Source: Terriglobia bacterium (GTDB taxonomy: Bacteria > Acidobacteriota > Polarisedimenticolia > Polarisedimenticolales > JAIQFR01). From it: a stretch of DNA of 64,000 nt. The position numbers and the translations under genes were made by a program. Numbering within the stretch: the first letter of the stretch is position 1; the number at the start of each line of letters is the position of its first letter. The notes beneath the pieces were generated by a model. The model had not been told where the DNA came from. It saw nothing but the letters and a program-made list of their open reading frames with translations, and made no database searches. Shown piece by piece: positions 59,122-64,000 of this stretch. The DNA lies in assembly GCA_963748015.1 (NCBI GenBank), contig CAVVHE010000008.1, positions 844,630 to 908,629 of the forward strand. Direction: 5' to 3'.

Positions 59122-59508
59122 ATGAGTCGAGAAGGTAAATCACCGCCAGGGTCAGAGCCAGACGCCCGGAGGGCGGTTGGCGATGGGCCTGGCCAACCCG
59201 GCAAGGCACCGGTGTATTCTTTCAAACAAAAGGCAGCCATTGTCGTGCGTCTGCTGCGGGGCGAAGATTTGGAGCTGCTTTCTCGGGAAATAGGAGTTAC
59301 TGCGGCCCAGATCTCCCAATGGCGGGAGAAATTTCTGCAGGCCGGCCAGGCTGCCCTCAAGAAAGAGCCCAGAGAGAAAAAAGATGCCGAAGTTGCCCAA
59401 CTGAAAGAAAAATTAGGTGAAGTCACCATGGAGTGTGAACTTCTCCACCAGAAGGTCGAGCGCTTGGAGTCCGGACGCCCTTTACGGTGGCGGAGGTCGA
59501 GGAAATAA
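59122..59508 (+). CDS. IS3-family transposase OrfA (HTH)
   Basis: K..IV.RLLRGE.LE.LSRE.GV....SQWR and a coiled-coil KLGE..ME.ELL. GAGGAGG RBS. Confidence 0.85.
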   Translation: MSREGKSPPGSEPDARRAVGDGPGQPGKAPVYSFKQKAAIVVRLLRGEDLELLSREIGVTAAQISQWREKFLQAGQAALKKEPREKKDAEVAQLKEKLGEVTMECELLHQKVERLESGRPLRWRRSRK

Positions 59509-60402
59509 GCCGGACCACCTCGCCCTCCACCCAGAAAGTTTATACTCGGCGTCGAGTCTGTCGGGTCTGGCGCTTGCCTCGGTCTACCTTTTATGCCCAA
59601 CGTCAGCGGACCCGGCAACCGGATGGTCCCCGGCAACGCCCTGGTCCCATGGGACCGTGTTCTGATGAGATGCTGGTGGAGCACATTCGCACCGTCTTGA
59701 CTCATTCGCCCTTCTCCGGTGAAGGCTATCGTAAGGTTTGGGCCCGCTTGCGTTTTCGCGGCATTCGCACCTCGACACGCCGGGTCCTGCGGCTGATGCG
59801 GCAACATGGATTGTTGGCGCCGCAGCGTCGGGGCCGGTCTCCTGGCCCACGCCATCATGACGGCACCATTATCACCAACCGGATCAACGACATGTGGGGC
59901 ACCGATCTGACTACGACGATGACCCTGACCGAAGGGCAAGCCAACATCTTCTTTGCAATCGATCATTGTTCCCTGGAATGCGTTGGTATCCATGCCGCTC
60001 CCGTCGCTACCAGGTTCGAAGCCCTGGAACCATTCGCCAGGGGGTCCGGAACACTTCGGTGCTTTTGGGCCTCAGGTGGCTCAAGGACTGAGTCTGCGGC
60101 ATGATCACGGCAGCCAATATGTTTCTCGTGATTTCCAAGCGGAAATTGCCTTTCTGGGCATTGCCAGCTCTCCGGCCTTTGTCCGGGCTCCAGAGGGCAA
60201 CGGCTGCGCCGAACGCTTTGTCCGCACCTTGAAAGAAAATCTCTTGTGGGTCAGGACCTTCCAGACTATCGAGGAGCTGCGCCAAGATCTCCTCCTTTTT
60301 CAACGCCTTTATAACGAATCCTGGATTATCGCCAGGCATGGCTATAAAACGCCAACTCAAGTCAGACAGGAGCAAATTCACGCACTGTCATGTGCGGCAT
60401 GA
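59487..60402 (+). CDS. IS3-family transposase OrfB (DDE), with extra frameshifts near 60030-60050
   Basis: RSTFY, GYRKVWARL, WGTD, RHDHGSQY and GNGCAERFVRTLKE. It is in the -1 frame relative to OrfA. Confidence 0.85.
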
Positions 60403-60860
60403 TTTGGTCGCCAAAGTGTCCAAAAAACTGTGGACCTTAACAGGGGGCTCGCATTTTTTGCGCGGTCGGACAAGTCTTTTGGAGTTAGCGGTACATATTC
60501 TGCGAGGGCATGTTCGCATAGGTCTCAGCTAAAGGGGCACGGCAGCGCCGGGGTCCTACCGGGAAAAATTATTTTCAAAAATCAGGATAACTGCCAGACA
60601 GCCTGAGAAGGTCACAGCAGCCGGGCAGCCATCGGTAAGGTTATTAAAGCAGAAATGGAAGGGAAAAAACAGAACAGGTGGGACAGATGTCATTAAAAGA
60701 CAGATTTCAGTTTACGGTTTTCCGTTTTCCGAAAAATCTAAGATGATATGGGGGACTGGGATAATGGTTAAAAACAGAAATAAGGGAAAAAGAGGCAAAG
60801 TTGTTGGTTCTTAGGAAAGGGCGAGGGCTAATGCTTCTATCTTGGTTTATCTAATCCTTT

Positions 60861-61034
60861 TTAGTCAGCATCTTTACAGATATGTTTCGCCAATGAATCT
60901 TTGATCTCACGGTGTCGAGGAATTGGTTGGGATATTTTTGTTTCCGGGTTTTGATACCAATCATGCCGACCACCATGACGGATGAGAAGGCAACCTCGTT
61001 CTGAGAGTAAACGGATTAAATCCTGCCGCTTCAT
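60861..61034 (-). CDS. hicA: HicA-family toxin (not in ORF track)
   Basis: MKRQDLIRLLSERGCLLIRHGGRHDWYQNPETKISQPIPRHREIKDSLAKHICKDAD. ATGA overlap with hicB. Confidence 0.88.
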   Translation of the reverse strand: MKRQDLIRLLSERGCLLIRHGGRHDWYQNPETKISQPIPRHREIKDSLAKHICKDAD

Positions 61035-61222
61035 GCCACAAGGAGCTCGCCGACCTGATAAACTTTGGGAATTCTGCCACTGGTCAGTTCGGCATAGATA
61101 TCCTGCAGATTTTCTTTGAGTTCAGCAAGGCTTTCCCCTTGAGTGCGATAGTCCGGGAACTCTTCCAGCCAGCCGATGAACATATCGTCTTCCTGATAAT
61201 AAATAAATTTTTTCGTTTCCAT
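61031..61222 (-). CDS. hicB: Short HicB-family antitoxin
   Basis: YYQEDDMFIGWLEEFPDYRTQGESLAELKENL. No DNA-binding domain. Confidence 0.88.
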   Translation of the reverse strand: METKKFIYYQEDDMFIGWLEEFPDYRTQGESLAELKENLQDIYAELTSGRIPKVYQVGELLVA

Positions 61223-61380
61223 GGTCAGGGCCTTACTTTTTAGGATAATGAACATTCTAATTGTAATTATACCATGAATGGCAGTATTGAGGTTGACTTT
61301 TTAGGCACAATCATAGAGTCTGGAGAAAAAAACGTTCATCGCCGACTGAAGGACATGCGGGAAGGCATCCATGGCACTAA

Positions 61381-63078
61381 CTAGTCTCATCCGAAAACTA
61401 CGGATTCAAAAGGTTAAAATAGCTGTTCGCCAGTAAAAAGCGGCCGGCAGATGAAAGAATTCAATCAAATGAGAGTGCAACCTAAGGTTAAGTCACAGTC
61501 ATCTCCGATTTTTCCCTCTTTTGGGACGCACTCCTCCTCTGGTCAAGAAAAAATCTGGGCAAGTCCTTTAATGAGCTTCAGTTTGGGCCATCCCCAGAAC
61601 CAGCAGGTTGTAGGAAACGATGGCACTCCACACATACTGCTTAAATCCAGGCCAACCCGACCAGGTGCAACGGCTCAAGCCAAAGGCTCGTTTCAACCGG
61701 GAGATATTCGCTTCGATACCGGCCCGGAAGTTTCTCAGCTTTTTAAACACCCGGTGACTCTTGACCATTTCCAACACCGACAACCCTCTTTTCCTGGCAA
61801 ACACGACATCTTTAATCCCTCTGGCTTTGGCCTGATGCAAGTTATCCCGAGAGGCAAAACCGCCATCCGAAGCCACTTGCCGGGGTGGGCGCTGAAAGAG
61901 GTGTTCCTGCCGATCCAACATGACCGGAAACATGGCGGCGTCAGCGGGGTTACCTCGCTCTACCAAACAATCCAGAATCAGACCAGAACTGACCTCCGGT
62001 CAGAAAGACCTTGTGACCGTATTGGGTCTCCCGGCCACCCTTGACAATGATGTCGGTATGACATTCAAAGAAAGAAACCAACTTCTCGGCCGCAGAGACC
62101 TTCTCCTGCCGGAGTACCCGTCGCTCAGTTTGGTCAAGAATTCTCTTGAGAAGGGTCAAGGCCCGTTCCAACTCGGCCAACAAGCTGATGTGCCGCCATG
62201 ATCTCTTCCAGGTCGTTACTGGCAAAGGCTCTCAGGCAGGCATGCGCCTCCACCCCATAGCCCTGCACCTTCGTCGCCAGAGTCAAGAGCTCCCGATAAG
62301 CCTTGGTTCTCACTTTTTCTTTCCGAGCGTTCAGGATAATCATCACCCGCTTCTTGGCAGCTCGCTGATGATCGGCAAACCGGTATCCCGGGGTTGGCTG
62401 CAGAGACTTCCCCGCCTGCAGCAGACGGGTGATGACCCTGATGCCATCTTGCAGCAAGAGTCGAATCAGTCGGATGATGAATATTGCTGTCAACTACCGT
62501 GGAGTCCAACCGTATCTTCCGACCCTTCTCCAGCTTCTTGGCGGCAGCATACTGGATCAAAACCTGATTAATGGCCTCCCAGGTTTCGGCGCTGAATGCC
62601 TTGATATTCTCTTGCAAAGTCGACTCACTGGGATATTGTCCCATCCTGCAGCCGGGAGAAGGTTCGAAAAGATTCCGAGTCTTCCAAATGAAAGGCCAAT
62701 TCCTCATAGGTCAACTCCCGGTATTGCTTCAAAATGGCACAGCGCAGCACTTGCTCAGCATTCAGACCGGGACGGCCGGTATCAGACCTCCGGTAGGGCA
62801 CGAGATCTTGGTAGATCAGATCCAAAAGAGGACGATTTTCATCCAGGATGTGAGAGATCGCTTCCAATTCACTGACAACTTTATTTTTCTTTCTCATCTT
62901 CGCAAACAGGTTCAGCTGAGGGTCTCTTTTGAGTCGCATTTTTCTCTTCTCTGCATTATGACTTTATTATAATAATCAATAAGTTATGCAGAAAGAATAT
63001 CAGTTTTGATCATGAAAAACAATGCTTAAATCTTACTTATTGCAACTATTTCAATAGAATACAGTTTCCGGATGGAAA
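61381..63078 (-). mobile_element. ISNCY-family insertion sequence
   Basis: Imperfect inverted repeats TAGTCTCATCCGAAAACT and AGTTTCCGGATGGAAACTA. CTAA is present at 61377-61380 and 63079-63082. Confidence 0.8.
61568..62939 (-). pseudogene. ISNCY-family DDE transposase, frameshifted
   Basis: GRPG..AEQVLR, YEELAFHL.DS, STLQENI, R.DSTVV..NIH.PTDS, YGHK, GNPAD, DGGFAS and FRAGIEA.IS.LKR are split over about 5 frames. Confidence 0.85.
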
Positions 63079-63082
63079 CTAA

Positions 63083-64000
63083 TTAAGATTATTACGGAAA
63101 AATTGAAAAGTTATGCTGAAGAGATAACCGCCACTTTTGCACTGCCAATAACATGCAATCCAGAAGATCAACTGAAAGGGCCGATGGCCACCTTGCTGAA
63201 AGAGATCGGCAAGGCGATGGGACTGACCGTGGAAGTGGCAACGGAAGTCCATGCAGAGAAACTGGGGCGGCCTGATCTGGGGGTGGCCGTCAAGGGACTA
63301 TTAAATGGGCATGTTGAATTAAAGGCACCAGGCAAAGGGGCAAACCCGGAAAAGTTCAAAGGGGGCGACCGGGACCAATGGGAGAGATTCCAAAATCTGC
63401 CCAATCTGATCTACACCGACGGGAATGACTGGGCCTTGTACCGCAGCGGCGTGCGGCAGGGGCAGAGAGTGCGATTAGCCGGTGATGTAACCAAAGACGG
63501 CAATGAGGCCATCGCCGGCATGGAAGCCGAAGCCTTGGATTTGATGCTGCGTGATTTTTTCTATTGGCAGCCCATCGTGCCGGCCCAACCCGCCGCCCTG
63601 GCCAAGATGCTGGCACCCCTCTGCCGTTTGTTGCGCAGTGATGTCCTGATGGCTTTAGGAAACAAGGAATCAAACCTCTCGTTACTCGCCGCAGACTGGC
63701 GACAGTATCTCTTCCCCGATGCAGATGATCTCCAATTCGCGGACGCCTATGCCCAAACGCTTACTTATGCCTTGCTCCTGGCCCGCCTGACCGGCAAGGA
63801 AGAGGGATTGTCCATCCACCAGGCCGTTAACACCATCCGCACCGGCCACCGCCTGCTGGCCAACACCTTGAATATCCTGGCGGACCCCAAGGCCAGGGAG
63901 GAGATTAAGACCCCGGTGGATTTGTTGGAACGGGTGATCGGGGCAATCGACCAAGAAGCATTCATCAAAAAAAGCAAGGGGGAGCCCTGGCTCTATTTTT
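63083..64000 (+). CDS. Type ISP / IIG restriction-modification enzyme, N-terminal part (3' partial; start separated by the IS)
   Basis: Open frame to the window end. PEDQLK, GRPD...GHVELKAPG (PD-(D/E)xK), LPNLIYTDG..W, FADAYAQTLTYALLLAR and PWLYF. Confidence 0.85.

Larger units (their letters stand above)
59060..60442 (+). mobile_element. IS3-family insertion sequence
   Basis: Imperfect inverted repeats GGTCTACAATTAATTTGGACAC and GTGTCCAAAAAACTGTGGACC flank orfA/orfB. Exact ends uncertain. Confidence 0.82.

Noticed and set aside
61451..62044. 197-aa plus-strand ORF inside the IS
   Set aside because: Antisense shadow of the transposase.
1..64000. CRISPR array, tRNA, rRNA or prophage
   Set aside because: No repeat-spacer periodicity, cloverleaf or rRNA signatures, or phage genes seen by eye. 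Dedicated scans were not run.

Overview
Bases 1 to about 58,730 are densely packed, very GC-rich bacterial chromosome (about 70% GC by eye). The gene content is Acidobacteria-like, but that is an inference. It carries housekeeping, transport and peptidase genes: FIST, RluA, Na/H antiporter, ClC, LOG, nth, PolX, M16/M19/M2 peptidases, cobB, mtgA, pgi, modABC, OPT and a DHS-like gene. At about 58,733 a glycosyltransferase-TPR gene is cut off mid-TPR and the sequence turns much more AT-rich. That segment holds an IS3-family element, a hicBA toxin-antitoxin pair, and an ISNCY element inserted in the fourth codon of a type ISP/IIG restriction-modification gene. Best leads: (1) an operon where a PP2C/SpoIIE phosphatase and a LytS-type kinase share a paralogous membrane sensor, followed by a LytTR regulator and a bactofilin-like membrane gene with 21-bp-period upstream repeats; (2) a 59-aa ORF missing from the ORF track with a YxxP RiPP-leader-like motif, plus an orphan HPr-kinase-like gene 42 kb away; (3) several ~150-bp palindromic intergenic elements, one with a nested MITE. 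Clustered frameshifts at 7.1-7.5 kb, 47.9-49.7 kb and 60-62.7 kb are probably sequencing errors. I recognised no rRNA, tRNA or CRISPR array. All family calls come from motif recognition, not database searches.
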